Source: Podarcis filfolensis
Lineage: Eukaryota
Strand: one strand, 5' to 3'
DNA length: 64,000 nucleotides
Assembly (NCBI GenBank): GCA_964270895.1
Contig: OZ185453.1
Below are positions 37,061-50,925 of this stretch, piece after piece (position 1 is the first letter of the stretch; each line of letters opens with the position of its first letter). Under the pieces are notes generated by a model. The model did not search any database. It worked only from the letters and a program-made list of their open reading frames with translations, and had not been told where the DNA came from. Both the position numbers and the translations under genes were made by a program.

Positions 37061-39286
37061 TATTTAAAAAGGGCATTCTATTCTAATAAGGCAACCTCAA
37101 ATCCCAGGGTAATGTAGTATTGTGGCAGCAGGGGTAGAGTCTATCATGAGCTCCAGCACAAATGATAGTGGCAGCAGTAGAATTTAAATGTATCACAGGA
37201 TTTCCAGAGTTTTCTGAGAGACCCGAGCAACACCCATCGCTTCTTACAGCAACTTCAAATTGCCTAGAAAACAGGGAGAAACATCAGGATAGGGAAGAGA
37301 ATGATTTGGGTGCTCGTGCTGCTGTGGTTGCAGAATGTCACACACAACAATGGGCCATTAAATCTTCCTTGGTTATTGTAAAATACTTCAAAGCATGATG
37401 CATAGGACAGCAGTTGCTAACCTCCAGTTCAGGGGCCTGATCCAGCGTCCCAAGCACCTTCCCCCTTCTGGAGGAAGACCCCACCGATTTGGTGGTAGCA
37501 AATATATACATATGTAAACGTAGGCATAGTCCTAGGATGGGCAGAGCCAAATGCACTGACGCGGATACACAATGCCCTCCTACTGGGCCATCAGATCCAT
37601 CATTTGATGAGTAGAGGGGCGACAGTAACTTCATCCTGATCATCAGCTGACCTTCATAGGTGAGCTGAGGAAGAGGGGCTATGTTCTTGTACGTGTTATA
37701 TGCCTGCGTATCAGAAAGAGTGGAGGTCACCACAACCATTACTGGCATTTGGATACCCTGGAAGACTAGCCAGGGGTGAATGTGTCCCTCAGGTCAAAAA
37801 TGGTTAGACACCACCACCACCTGTCATAAGAAAACAAGAAAAGGATTTATGTGTGTGTCTACCCAAGGAAGATTTTAAATTTACATAGGGTAGATAACTT
37901 CTAACCCAAAGTGGAGTCTTTTGACCAAATTGTCTATAAAGATACAGCTGCCTTTGTCATATGGCTGATCTTCACAAAGGCAATTTCCCCTCCTTCTTGT
38001 TTTAAATTCTCTACTTACAACATGGCAGTGTTTGAGGGAAAAAGCAAGTTGAAAGCTCACATGGATCTTTGGATTCTGGCCAGTATGTGGGTTTGCATTT
38101 ATTGGACATAAACATCATTAGCAACATTTACTCCAATTATTAGTGAGATAATGATTCACCTCGGGCATTTTTTACAAAGCCTACCCTCCAGGTAATGATT
38201 ACAAAAGCTTGAGTAGGTATGGCATTCGATAAGTATGTAATTTGTCTTCTCTGTTGCTAGAAATCGCCCTTATTCCATAACACAATTTTTAAAAAGAACT
38301 TTGTAGTTTCTTTGTGTGTGCTGAGGTTAGACAATTGTTATATATGCAGTAGGGTCAGGGAAATTTCTCAAATAATTTAGATGCGGTATCAAAGTATGGT
38401 TCACTTATTTGGATTGCTGCTTCTTGTTCCATTGCGATCTGTAGGAGTAAAAAAGATTCAAGCCCGAGAGCACTTTTGATATAGATCAGAAAAAAGATCA
38501 GTAGAACTGAATTCACTCGCTTCAACAATCAATGCGTGCCAATAGAACCTTTGAGAAAGGCCATACCTTTATCCTTCAGTATCAGGCTAGAGCTTCTATT
38601 AATCTGAGCTCTAAATACTTTGGCCATTTTCTGTTGTTGTAAAGATCCAGGATTCTGGGCTACTTTATTAATAGTGTGGAGCAGGCACTGAAAACAAGCA
38701 CCCATCCCTTTTAAAATCCTTTATACTTGGTGTAATGGCCTCATTTCTGCATTTCCTAGCAGTCTTCACAGTATCTTCCAAGCACACAGGAAATGACCCA
38801 CTCCCCTCCCTCCTAGTGCTCCTATATACCAGGAATAGATTGAAAACAATCTCCCAGTCCTCACCTTTTCTTCCACCTACCTGAATGCTTGAAAGGTGTC
38901 AGTGGTCTGTTATCCCAGGTACTTCTCTTCACCCGTGTGGAACCTGCCAGGTACCAAATTCTGCCTCTAGAGGTATGCCTAGTTTCAAATAACAAATTGG
39001 GGGATCTCCTATCAACCCACCTCCTTAGTTGCAAAGGGTTCAAACTGGGAATTACTCCATGGAAAAAAATTGTCGTCTGAACATAACAATGGATCCTTGC
39101 TTCCTGCAAGCAAGTTTAAGGTTCTATTGTAATACTAGGGTTAAACCAGAGATGGGGGCAGGGGCACACATGCAAGCCCCACTCGCAACACCCCCAGATA
39201 TTACTTCTGGTAAATGAGCCACCATAGTCGCTAGAGAGTCATGAAAATTTGTGTCCCGGGCTTTTTAGACTCATCTACCCATGTAA

Positions 39287-39642
39287 GGGATGCGGGTGGC
39301 GCTGTGGTCTAAACCACTGAGCCTTAGGGCTTGCTAATTCGAAGGTTGGCGGTTCAAATCCCTGTGAAGGGGTGAGCTCCCGTTGCTTGGTCCCAGCTCC
39401 TGCCAACTGAGCAGTTCGAAAGCACACCAGTGCAAGTAGATAAATAGGTACCACTCTGGCGAGAAGGTAAACGGCATTTACGTGTGCTGCTCTGGTTTTG
39501 CCAGAAGCGGCTTAATCATGCTGGCCACATGACCCAGAAAAACTGTCTGTGGACAAACGTCAGCTCCCTCAGCCAGTAAAGAGAGATGAGCACCGCAACC
39601 CCAGACTTGTACACGACTGGGCTTAACTGTCAGGGGTACCTT
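39287..39642 (+). mobile_element. Sauria SINE, full length
   Basis: Consensus match; 10-bp TSD tacccatgta at 39276-39285 and 39643-39652. Confidence 0.9.
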
Positions 39643-40760
39643 TACCCATGTACTATCTGAAACCACAGGGGGTCGTTGGATGTGAAATATATTGGCATTA
39701 TTTTCAGCTCTCCTACCCCACTATAGCAGACTCTTTTCTCATGAAGCTCCTATTGGCCAAGCAGGTTTTCAGAACTATTTATTAACATGGGACTCTAATC
39801 CTGCTGGCAGACTGAACACTGGGAAAAAGGATTGCCAGAACCTCCGCCCCATGTCTTCTCTCGTTGCCCATTCCCAAGGGAAACTTGCAAAGTAGAAGCA
39901 GCAGCCACAGGCTAATGTTACATGGGGGTATAGTACAGCATTTTGTTTCTCTATTGCATTTATTCGAATTCTAAAACTATTGGTTTGAGGTAAGCTATTA
40001 AAATTCAAGGCTAGGTCCTTACCGGTGAGAGATATTTGTCTAGTTGTGTCAGGAAACTATTCTGCAAGCGAGAGATCCCTCTTCATGTTTGATATGTAGT
40101 TGATTAATCTAATTTCCCTTGGGGCTGGACACAAGGTCCCATTTTCCAAGCTTTTTGGATTCAATTAGCTCTCAACAAAGTATGAGGTTCCTCAAACATG
40201 ATACTCAATAGAGATGGTGTAATCTGTGATTATACAAGGTACCAGAGAAATCTATACCACTATCACCTACATGAGATAATCCAAGAGACTTTCTTTATAA
40301 ATAGAATACTCCTTCACACTGCTATACATTAAAGGATTAAGACTGATAACAGTTCAACCCTATTTAAATTCTTTGACTTCAATAATTTAATCACTTTCCA
40401 GTAGTTAAGTTTCTTAACCAATTTTAATTTCTTGTAAGTACTCAATAGAGACTGCTTCCACTACAACTATAAAAAGAGCTCTTGCAATGCACCTGAGGCA
40501 TCTATTTTCCAGATTAGTGGCCTGAAACATAAAAGTCTAGTAGAAGAACAGTTAATACAAAAATTGTTTTTTCCTGACATCTTTGTTTCATTCTAGATAG
40601 TCATGATCTATGACGCGTCATACAGAAATTTATAGAATGGCAAAATCCCTTTGCAAAACACATTTCCCCTGATGCTTCTTGGTGCAATTAGTATTTGTTG
40701 TAAAGTTGGTCTTTCAAAGCTTCTGAGAAATGTGCTGATAGTTTCTGTATTTTTTTTCAG

Positions 40761-41282
40761 GTTCGTGTAGTTCTGCTGAACTGGTGTGCTTGGTTTTTGA
40801 GAATGAAAAAACCTGGCGAGAGCTTAAGACCCCTTTCTTGCAAATACAGCCACTCTAGACACCAGTCAAGCGTCAGCAGCGTAGAAATGAATGTCTTACC
40901 AGGACACCAATCTAGCAACGGCAACGTGATCTACAGCTACCATGTCATGGAAAACCCTTGCTGCCCACAGAACAGTGATATGAGCGATAGGGGTGGGAAA
41001 GGTCCCAGTTCTTCACCTGACGATGCCGAGCTTACTCAAAGGAAAGTTTTAATGGACACTATCCCAGTGATTGTGAAAATCCTGGAAGAAGTTCAGTTCA
41101 TTGCAGCCCGTTTCCGAAAACAGGACGAAGGGGAAGAAATCTGCAGTGAATGGAAGTTTGCTGCTGCTGTCATAGACAGATTGTGCCTCGTGGCGTTTTC
41201 ACTCTTTGCCATCATCTGCACGCTCACAATACTAATGTCTGCTCCAAATTTCATTGAAGCTGTTACAAAAGATTTCACATAA
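40761..41282 (+). CDS. CHRNA8: nAChR alpha8, exon 10 (M3-M4 loop, M4, stop)
   Basis: Acceptor ttttttttcAG at 40759-40760. The 522 bp encode [20 protein letters not shown]...[76 protein letters not shown]. The intracellular loop and C-terminus resemble recalled alpha8, not alpha7. Confidence 0.92.
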   Translation, partial: VRVVLLNWCAWFLRMKKPGESLRPLSCKYSHSRHQSSVSSVEMNVLPGHQSSNGNVIYSYHVMENPCCPQNSDMSDRGGKGPSSSPDDAELTQRKVLMDTIPVIVKILEEVQFIAARFRKQDEGEEICSEWKFAAAVIDRLCLVAFSLFAIICTLTILMSAPNFIEAVTKDFT

Positions 41283-41400
41283 GGATCTCAAAAACCAACA
41301 GAAAACTCCCAAAGGTTATTGGGGATTACGAATTGATGCCATTAATTTTGTTAAACAATGAGATTTTAAAATTGGGAAGTGCACTTTGTGTGCCGACTTC

Positions 41401-41406
41401 AATAAA
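41401..41406 (+). terminator. Candidate CHRNA8 polyadenylation signal (proximal AATAAA; a second AATAAA lies at 41793-41798)
   Basis: Hexamers are seen about 120 and 510 bp after the stop codon. Usage is unverified. Confidence 0.4.
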
Positions 41407-42974
41407 GGAAAGGAGTTGGAATGAATTTCAGCATCCAGTTGTCTCCCCCAATATTAGAGATTACAAGGTACAGGATTAAAGTACCTGGCTCTGTTACTTG
41501 TTTTGTAAACAGTGTCCTCTCCCTGTACTCGTGGTCATGATCTCTGATAAATATTAGATGAAACCTGATATACGACATATGCGTTGCCAAGTAATTAGTC
41601 AAGTATAAGTGCTACTAGGAAAACACTAGTGAACATTTTGCTGCATTTGTAAATCTCTCCTTAAACACGTTATTTGCTGTCATTTCCTTAAACACGTTAT
41701 GTGTCATTTTCCATATCTTTGTTTGCATCCTGACGCAAAGTTCATCTATGGTAATGTATCACTTTTGCCTTGAATGATATTGCGGTTTGCCAAATAAATG
41801 GCGAGTTTTAGCTTTTATCACCATTGTGATGGTCTGAAATATTTATCCAGCTTGCCCCGGGAATATCTTCAAAATGTTTTTCGGTGTCCAACATACTCAT
41901 AGGAATGACAACTTATCACATTTCCCTAAGTTACACATTAAGGCTGCAAATGTGTTTGTATACATAATCAAATTTCATTAAATTGTATTGGTCTAATGCT
42001 TATTTATTCTAGACGGTTAGGATGTACATAGTCCCAAACGTTTAGAAAGCATTATGTGTATCACTTGCTGGGTGGAGAAAGATGGGTATAAATCAGGTGC
42101 GTGTTCAGGTAGGCATCTGAATGTGTATCTGAGCAAAGGTTTGGATACACATTCCCCCTAATTGCACACAAAATACCTTTGTGTAAGGAACTATTTGTCA
42201 TAGAATGCAATGTGTAAGGGAGCATTCAGCTGACCTATAAGCCCGTTAAGATGCTAGAGAGCTCTACTGCTGAAAGCTATAGCTACTGCAGAGGAGAGCA
42301 ATCCAAACCCATGATCTGCAGTACTTGGGAGAGGAGGTTGGTCCCAGCCCTCCCTGACTCCACTGGCTCCGTTTGTGGGGGAGCACAGTGGTGAGGAGCG
42401 CCCCAAGGCACCCACCAACATGGCAGGAAGGTGGTATTCCTGCCACTGGAACGCCCCAGAATGGATCCTGAGCCGGCCCTACTGCTGTCATGTGGCAACA
42501 ATGGGTCCAAGCTGGGCCTCTTAGATGTGCCAGCCTTTAAACTGGCACAGGCATGGGGCATTTCCCCCTCTCCTCCCCCTGCTTTCCATTCTGGCCAGTG
42601 TGAGTGGCAAGGCAGCACCAGCCCTGCCACTACCAGCCCCAGAGGTCAGGACTGCAGCCTAAAATATTTTCTCATGACATCAGTCACCTGATAAGGGCTT
42701 CTGATGACCAGAAACTGATGTGACAATTGTCATCATCATATGATGAGTTGACACTCTTATGCCATGTGCCTTCTATACAGGGAAGAACAAAGTTTATACA
42801 AACATGAGTACAGTAAAGGAGTTTGTTATTATTGAATCTATTGCAGAATGTAACATTTCCCTATTTTTTTGCAAGCTGCCAAGTCATATTGAAAATAGAG
42901 ACAAGCAAGCATTGCTTATTTCCTTCCCCTCCCAATAACTATTATGGTGTGCACGTGTGTGTGAAAAGGAAACG

Positions 42975-42980
42975 TTTATT
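42975..42980 (-). terminator. Candidate DNAH6 polyadenylation signal (AATAAA on -)
   Basis: tttatt on + about 480 bp beyond the DNAH6 stop. Usage is unverified. Confidence 0.45.
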
Positions 42981-43461
42981 GCATAAATTTTTCAGACAAA
43001 ATGGAATTAGCCATTCAATTGCCGATTGCATTTTTTTTTCCTTAGAAACTTTTCCCATTATAAGCAATTTGCATTCGCAAAGAAACCAAGATATAAAAGC
43101 TTACAGCACAGGATTCGCAATGTTATCCCTTTGATGCAAAGCATGCTTCTTCATTTGAAACATGAACATACTATAGGAGTAGGCTTAAAAAAAGAAAAAA
43201 AGGTACTACCGATGCATAAAATATAGAAGCAGTAAATGAAAAGCAAAGGAGAGCAGTGGGAAATGAACACTACATCCAACTTATTCATGAAGTCTAATGC
43301 AAATAAAAAATCAATTGAAAGGGAGAAACAGTTCTGACAGTGTGGTTATATAGCATACCAATGCGATGAGCACGACACTGATGCAACTTTACAACTCTGC
43401 ACCTGCCATACGGTGCAAGCACAATGTAGACTTATGCTGGTGGACAGCAACCATGTCCCAA

Positions 43462-43565
43462 CTATTCGTTCAGCTGGCAAAGCAACGCAGAGCCCTTGGA
43501 GATCCAATAGTCACTTGGCCTTTTGGAAGGCAATAAGACAGTGACCACAAAATTGGTGGAATGAC
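43462..43565 (-). CDS. DNAH6: Dynein axonemal heavy chain 6, terminal coding exon
   Basis: Minus-strand acceptor attAG (ct at 43566-43567). The 104 bp encode (G)[33 protein letters not shown] (TAG at 43462-43464), the canonical inner-arm dynein heavy-chain C-terminus. Confidence 0.93.
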
Positions 43566-44497
43566 CTAATTCAAAAAGTAACAAGAACTTTGTTACCATG
43601 TGTCCACTGGCTCTAAAGCTAGTAACCATTAAAACCTGTATAAAGTACAGTACATGAAATCTGGAATAAGTAGTTAAACTCAGTTATTCCATTAAGACTG
43701 AATGCAACCTGAATATAAGGGCTAGGATACCAACAGACCTGATTCTCCCACCCACATTTCCAGTCCCCTTCCATCTTCTTACCAGTGGCCTTCCCTCCAC
43801 TCCCTGGCAGTGGTGTGCTTTGGTGGCAAACTGCAAAAGGGCAGGCTTCCTCCCTCCCCTCTTTGGTGCCTGGTGCCTTGCATAGCTGTGCATAAGGCCA
43901 AGGCAGTCCCTGGGGGATGCAGTTTTCCCAGGGGCTGGTGCAACATCAGAAGCCCCTCCTTTCCCTGCTATGGCTTGTCTGCAACCTTCCCAGGGAAACC
44001 AACAATATTTGGGTGCCCCTGGGAAAGCACGTTTCCCAGCATTCTGGAAACCAGGGACAGCGGCAAAAGGGACATACACAAAGGTAAATGCACCCTAATA
44101 ATCCCACTCCCACCATGGCTACAGTAGCCACAAAGGAGAAGGGGTGGGAAGAGAGCACAGTGGCAGTCAGGGAGGTCTCTTTCCCTGTCAAGTGAGTGGC
44201 CACGGTGGCAGCAATTGCCAACTAAGAGAGTTTAGGATATGAAACTCAGAAGCTCACTAAACTCTATGCGGCTATTATGAGAAAATGTAGGTTACACGCT
44301 TTTGACCATAGCTGCCAGCCCCAATTTTGATCGAGCCAAGAAGCTCACCCTAATATTTTAAATTACTTAAGAGCCATGGCCTAATTGTAATAGCCGAGTT
44401 CATGTCTGGAGCGTCCACACATACAGATTTTTCTTACTATGTACAAAACTAATTAAAATTATATGCTTCCCCTCATTTTCATCAAAGAAACAGTTAC

Positions 44498-44720
44498 CTG
44501 TGGTGGACAGTGTTCCTGCTCTTGCTCCTGTTTTATAGAGTGGCGCATGATACAGAGACGGGTCTGGCTCATAATTCTGATGTGGCTCAAAATGCACTAC
44601 CGGCAACACTGGGTTCATTTGCCTAGGCAAGGCATCTTCGATGACCATCTCTTCATCGTCCCAGCGACTGGCATCCATAAACATGCCATGGACTAACACA
44701 CCATCTTCAGGAGAGGGCAG
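44498..44720 (-). CDS. DNAH6: DNAH6 penultimate coding exon
   Basis: Acceptor tttctttcAG; donor G|GTAACT. The 223 bp encode [74 protein letters not shown](G). Confidence 0.93.
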
Positions 44721-44958
44721 CTGAAAGAAATATCAAGAGGTTGTGGGGGGGGGGGACCCACACGACTCAAGTCTAGTAGCCAACAAAAATAAACTTAATC
44801 ATCAAAGCTGATCTAACTATTCCCCTCTTGGCAATAACATGCTCCCTTTTTGTAAGAACTTGCACATTTATTTATTATATACAGGGTGAGTCTTTTAAAA
44901 GAGGCCCCGTGGAGCATGTGTACTCTGTGTCCACGGGGCCTCTTTTAAAGGACTCACC

Positions 44959-44980
44959 GTGTGTGTGTGTGTGTGTGTGT
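44959..44980. repeat. (GT)n microsatellite
   Basis: Seen directly. Confidence 0.95.
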
Positions 44981-45029
44981 ATATAAAACCTCTAAGTAGT
45001 TCACAATTAATAGAAAACTATCATTAAGA

Positions 45030-45320
45030 ACTAGGAGCTAAAAACAATTAAAATCAACAGCATACTAAAAAGAGATTGAAACACTTCAGCACATGCACGG
45101 ATAAGGTGACCCTGTATATAAACTGGTCCCAAGCCAATTGGGCTTTGTATACCAGTAACAACGCCTTGAACCTGTCCCAGTAACAAACTGGCAGCCAGCG
45201 CAGATCCCTGAGCAGAGGTGTCATATGCTAATAGGGTCTCGCTCCTGTTGGCAACATTCTGCACTAACTGCATTTCCCAGGTCAAGCGCAAGGGGAGCCT
45301 GGGATGGCTCACAAAGATAC
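45030..45320 (-). mobile_element. Degraded L2 LINE 3' fragment
   Basis: Minus strand reads ...LTWEMQLVQNVA... followed by remnants of the LHWL...FKV...KAL region. Confidence 0.55.
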
Positions 45321-46703
45321 AATATGTGGACTCTCCTTCACTGAAGGTTTTTAAGCAGAGTTCTGATGGCCATCTGTCAATGATTCTTTAGTTGCAATGT
45401 CTGCATTGCAGGAGGTTGGACTTAATGACTTTTGGGGTTCCTTTGCAACTTTACAATTCCACTAAGAACACCCTATCTCTGGTCCCCATTCTTCCTATTT
45501 GTCCTATTCCTTGTATTCTTACTACTGGGATCACACGTAGGGGCCCCTCCCCCGTATTTCTTGTGATAAATTGGGGGGGGGAGCAACAAAAATTTAAATT
45601 ACACTAGATAAATTCTGCTGTTCTTTAAATATAATTCTGAGGATTAGTGATGCTGGAGAAATCCACAGTAAATATCCTATTACATCAATTTCCTTTAGTC
45701 TGCCCACTTGACCCCCACTGTGGCACAGACAAGAGTCTGTTGTGAAAGCTATTCAACTTAGTTCTCAGCAACATTTTTTTTTTAAAAAAACACTATGCAC
45801 ACATCATAGGAAAAATAAATATGCAAATTGCTTTGAGATATATTTTAATTGCTTTTCTTGTTTCTGAAGTGTTGTTTCTTGCCAAGGCAGCCTATATGCA
45901 CTAAAACAGCAGTCTTAAGCATGTCTACCAATAAGTAAATGCCACGGAATTCAGTGAGGCTTAATCCCAGGTAAATGGGGGTAGGATATGAATCTTAACC
46001 TGCTTCCTGTTGTGAATTTTCAAAAACAATAGAAAGCATCAATCTTTTTTTTCTCTCCATATGGAAAAGAAGTGATCACTTTGGTTGCCTTTGGATTTTA
46101 TCTGTCCTCCTCAGTTAAAATTCTTCCCTTTGGGACAAACTGGGGAGAACCCTCTGAGATATGTGTTTTAAAATTAAAATTCCTTCCTCCAAACAAGTTT
46201 GTACTAATGGTGAAATCAGAGCAGCATGAGTCGTCTTCTTCTTCTTTGGCGATCACTCATAGCCGAGTAAGATTGTCTTCCATGAACATGATCTTAACAG
46301 TGAGGCAGCATGAGTGGCTACAACCCCAACCCTATTTACACGGGAGCAAGCACAGATGAATTCAGTGGGACTTACTTCTAAGCAGATATGATTAGGTTTG
46401 CAACCATAGTTCAGTCATTAACTATGTCATTAACTTGTGTGACAAAGCCTCATTGTTTTTGTTGAAAAAGACTATTCACTAATTTTTAAATGGAACACAT
46501 AGAGTGAAATCTAAGTATCTGCTGATGGCTGAGATATATATATTTCCGCATCAGTCGTGACAAAACAAAACACAGACTTGTGAAAATTCCAGATGAAAGT
46601 GTGAATGAATATCAAAACAGATTGAGGCATTTTCTGCAGACCCAGAATAATATATTCTTTCTGTGTAACCGAATATTGTTCACAAACACAGGAACTTAAG
46701 TAC

Positions 46704-46855
46704 CTCAGCATCCATTGGCAAATCGTGTCCAAACGGACAAAACTTTGAAGCTTCTGCAACTTGCATTTGATCTCGATAGACAGGGATCATGTTATAACTA
46801 AAGCTAAGCTCATCAATTGGCAAGTTATATTTTCGAGCATGATTCTGAAGAGTAC
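46704..46855 (-). CDS. DNAH6: DNAH6 coding exon
   Basis: Acceptor atatttttcAG; donor GAG|GTACTT. The 152 bp encode (G)TLQNHARKYNLPIDELSFSYNMIPVYRDQMQVAEASKFCPFGHDLPMDAE. This insert is characteristic of recalled DNAH6. Confidence 0.92.
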
Positions 46856-47809
46856 CTGAAAAATATAAGAGGGACACGTTTTAAAAGCAACAACAATAAT
46901 TATTCAGGGAGAGACTAACTAGAATTTGGGATAGCATTCACAGAAAAGAAAAGCATTGGCACATTTATTACTAGAAACCAAACCAAAATAGTAGCTGATT
47001 GTTTAATTTCCATACTTTCAAACATTTTTCATAGAACACTGAATTATTATAAACCACTATGCTGAAGCAATTGTAATTAAACAGAGAAAAGATGAAAGTA
47101 TACTATTTTGGAACAGAATACATAAATGCTTATTATGGCTTATTAGTTCACTCAGAATCGCTGCATTCACATTTTTATTTAATTTTCTTATTACTTTTAA
47201 AATTCAGAACACAAAATACAATAAAGAGTCATTCATATTAACATTAGAATTCAAAGACAATTCAAATGGAGACATTATTTTCCTGCTTGTTCTATATACG
47301 AATGTCCAATTCAAATAAGAGGATGTGTGTTGCATTTAGCTAACTTTTGCTCAGAATAGATCCTTTAAAATTAATGGGCCTAAATTAGTAAGGGGCACTA
47401 ATTTCAATGACTCTGCTCTGAGTAAATGTTAGTTGAATACAATTACACAAGTGCAAAGAAACAGTCTCTCTTACACCATTTGTTGTGGAATGGGAATCCA
47501 ATGTACCCAAGTGTTCCGTTGTAACAAATAAAATCTAATTGATCAGCTGTTTGGATTCCTCTGCAAAAGTTTGATGGATTCAATCTCTTCCCCACTACCT
47601 ACGTCAGAAAAATACTATAGTAGGTACATCCTTGATTACTCCATGCAGTCTTTAGGGTCTTCCTATGCAAAGGTTTGTTTGTACTTCTGCAAATCATCTT
47701 GAGGTTTCCTCAAATCTGCAGGTACATCCTGTGCTATATATGTGTGGTACTGTTTTGATGCAGTCATTGTGCCAGAATATCAGAAACAGAGGGAATAGTG
47801 AATATTTAC

Positions 47810-47882
47810 CTGTTAAAAATCCTTGTGGAAAAAAGAATCCAGAGATCCAGAATGATTTAGGCTTGCCTCTTTTGAGCCAGAA
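47810..47882 (-). CDS. DNAH6: DNAH6 coding exon (absent from the ORF track)
   Basis: Acceptor gtgttttcctAG; donor G|GTAAAT. The 73 bp encode [24 protein letters not shown](G), the conserved dynein W..GFFFPQ.FLT motif. Confidence 0.92.
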
Positions 47883-48719
47883 CTAGGAAAACACATACAA
47901 CTGATGATAGATATATACTAGGCGTAAAATCTGACATTCCATTTAACTCGCTAAAACCAAGGATTGACCTAAGTTCATTTGCATTGATGGACAGCAGAAC
48001 TGGGTTTAGCTAGAATTCTAGTCCTCCATCTAAGTGGATATGACTTTAATATTTTTTTTAAAAAAAATCATTACTTTTGGCCCCAATCCAGAAAACCTTG
48101 AGTGCATCAGAAGGCGGCTCACTAATGGCTGCAGTTGTGGTTTTCACATATTGATTTGAGCTAAAGGCAACTCTCATGAAGATCAGAAGCCAATGGACCC
48201 TGCATTTCCTAGGAAACTGGAGTTGTAAAGGGCTTCTGAAGTCGATTCTTTTAGGTGGGAAGATGTGGTCCAGCCTTAACACAGCACACTCTTTTCTACC
48301 CCTGTCTGATCATCTGATAGTATACCCTCCCATCAGATGTCAGGGAGATAAAGAACTACACAACTTTTAGAAGATACCTAAAGGCAGCCCTGTATCAAGT
48401 TTTTAATATTTGACATTTGTTATTATTTTGCTGGAAGCTGCCCAGAGTAGATGGGGAAACCCAGACAGATGGGCGGGGAATAAATAATAAATTTATTCTT
48501 ATTCTTATTCTTATTATTACATAGTATCAAACAACAGCAGCCACAAATGCACACATGAAGATGCCTTTTGCCCTTTTAATTCCACTGTGAATCTTTTGCC
48601 CGCACGAACATATCTATATGGTAATCAGAGGTGGGTTTCCAGGGCTGCTTTGGTGGTAGGTCACATTTGCATATGCATGTGCACATATGCAAACACCCCC
48701 TGCCCCCCACAAACTTGCC

Positions 48720-48720
<1 letters not shown>

Positions 48721-48759
<39 letters not shown>
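48721..48759. repeat. (AC)n microsatellite
   Basis: Seen directly. Confidence 0.95.
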
Positions 48760-48761
<2 letters not shown>

Positions 48762-49762
48762 CAGCAGGGAAGAGGAAAACATTCAACAGGCAGAGCTTCC
48801 ATTATGTGCCTCCCCCCATATCAGTTAATTGGTGCTGGGTAGAGCTGATTGGCACATTTCTTCCTAGTGTCCGTCAGCTGGGTTGTGGGCAGGGTGTACA
48901 GTGGCATCTCAGTGGTTCCACTGTGCATGTTCCCTGCTCCTCAGCTGACTGGGCTGGCAATCACGCTCTCCTCTCCCTATTGAACATCTGTTTGGCGAGC
49001 TGAGAGGAGCACAACTGCAATGGGGAGGAAGGTCCATGGGGAGTCATCCTCTTGCATCCTCCTCCCCATGTAAATAGAACTCTGTGCTAAGGGAAGAATG
49101 GGATACAGGAGAATTGGGGGTGGGCAAACAGACAGGCTGGAGGGAAGGCCTGCGGAAGCTGCATGTAGCCCAGGAGCTGTAGGTTGTTCACATGTGCTGT
49201 TAAGTAACCAGTTAATCAGGAGGAGTAATAGCGCAATTACTCTCAACCCTGCATTGTGAAGAACGCCAAGAATGGGGAATATTGGCTTCACTTTGCAAAT
49301 TGTTCCCTGGTTTGTTTGTTTGCTGTGACTCATATTTGGCAGCAGCACTTATTAATTCAAGTGAGAAGGAAGCCAAGTTGCAATAAATGGGGAAGGCCTG
49401 CATTTTTCACATGGTTTTCTATTATTCCACTCATTAGTGTTTATATTCTTTGTATGGTGTTTCCCCCTTATCTCTTCTTCCTAATAAACCAGCCCATGGC
49501 CTTCATTCGTTCAACACTTCAACTGCCTGAAGGTCCCTGCTTTTTTAGCTGATGCTGTTCACTCCTTCCTGCTTCTTATGCCTGAAATTCCCTTGTAAAA
49601 TACCCACACGGTGCCACCTCTATTTCTTCAAAGCTCTTGCTAAAAAAGACTTTGCTCCAATCCCTTAGTCCTTCATCCCATAAAGAAATGAAGCCAAAGC
49701 ACATGTAAGTGCCTATTCTTGTCCTTACACTTGTTTTTCTACCTTCTTTCTACTCGATTAGG

Positions 49763-50134
49763 GGTAAAGGTAAAGGTAAAGGTACCCCTGCCCGTACAGG
49801 CCAGTCTTGACAGACTCTAGGGTTGTGCGCTCATCTCACTCTAGAGGCCGGGAGCCAGCACTGTCCGCAGACAGTTCCGGGTCACGTGGCCAGCGTGACG
49901 AAGCTGCTCCGGCGAACCGGCACCAGAGCAGCACACGGAAACGCCGTTTACCTTCCCACTATAAAGAGGTACCTATTTATCTACTTGCACTTAAGGGTGC
50001 TTTCGAACTGCTAGGTGGGCAGGAGCTGGGACCGAAAGACGGGAGCTCACCCCGCCGTGGGGATTCGAACCGCCGACCATGCGATCGGCAAGTCCTAGAC
50101 GCTGAGGTTTTACCCACAGCGCCACCCGCATCCC
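49763..50134 (-). mobile_element. Sauria SINE, full length (subfamily B, young)
   Basis: Near-identical to the copy at 62175-62542; short flanking repeat tcgattag. Confidence 0.9.
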
Positions 50135-50139
50135 TCATT

Positions 50140-50345
50140 CGATTAGAGGAAGTCACAGCAAATTCCCTCTCCTTGGCAAACACCTCCCTGAATCTCCAAT
50201 GGAAGTGGAACTACCAAGAGGGACCTATCTGCTGATCTTAATACCCAAGAGCATTTGAACGGAAGGAGATGGTCTTTCACAAATTTGGGGCCTAAGTCAT
50301 ATAGGGCTTTAAACCCTGGTGTGAGAGCCTTGAATTGGGCCCAGA
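50140..50345 (-). mobile_element. Degraded L2 LINE fragment
   Basis: Minus strand reads FWAQFKAL...FKALYDLGP...DHLLP...LRSA, an L2 ORF2 end remnant. Confidence 0.55.
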
Positions 50346-50739
50346 AATGAACTGCAGCTGTTTTAAAGCAGAGGTTATACAAGTTCCAAATCAAACCCCA
50401 GGCAGTATTCTGTATTTTGGATCTAATTTCAGTTTGTTGGCCCCTATGCAATTGCCTCCAAATAACAGCCTACTACCTCAGCCGCCTCTCCTGACTGAGA
50501 GGGAACAGAGCTGCAAAAGCTACTCAGGGCATGAACCTGGTTTCTGCTTGTATTTTGTAAAGCTATATTATTGGGTGTAACAAGAATAATTAATGTGCGC
50601 CATTTTATGTGCCAGCTTTTGAGACAGGGATTCCAAATGAAAGTGCTTGCTTTCGTAACATCCCCCACAGTTGAAAGATCTAGGTCAGCTCTGAACCCTA
50701 AAATTACTCCAGCCCTTAACCAACAGCATTTATACTTAC

Positions 50740-50925
50740 ATCTACAAAAGCTGTCCTTAGCACGAGATCTTTGACCCATCCTCCTAAAGGTTTCAGTGAT
50801 GGGTAGGCTGCATTGGCCCACAGGGACGGGACCTGGTTGTTAAGAAAGCTGTGATACACTCTCTCCATTTCTTCCGACATCACGACGAATCCTGCAATAG
50901 CTTTGTTAAGCGTTTGTAGAGAGGT
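50740..50925 (-). CDS. DNAH6: DNAH6 coding exon
   Basis: Acceptor tttaacttccAG; donor GAT|GTAAGT. The 186 bp encode [62 protein letters not shown]. Confidence 0.93.
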
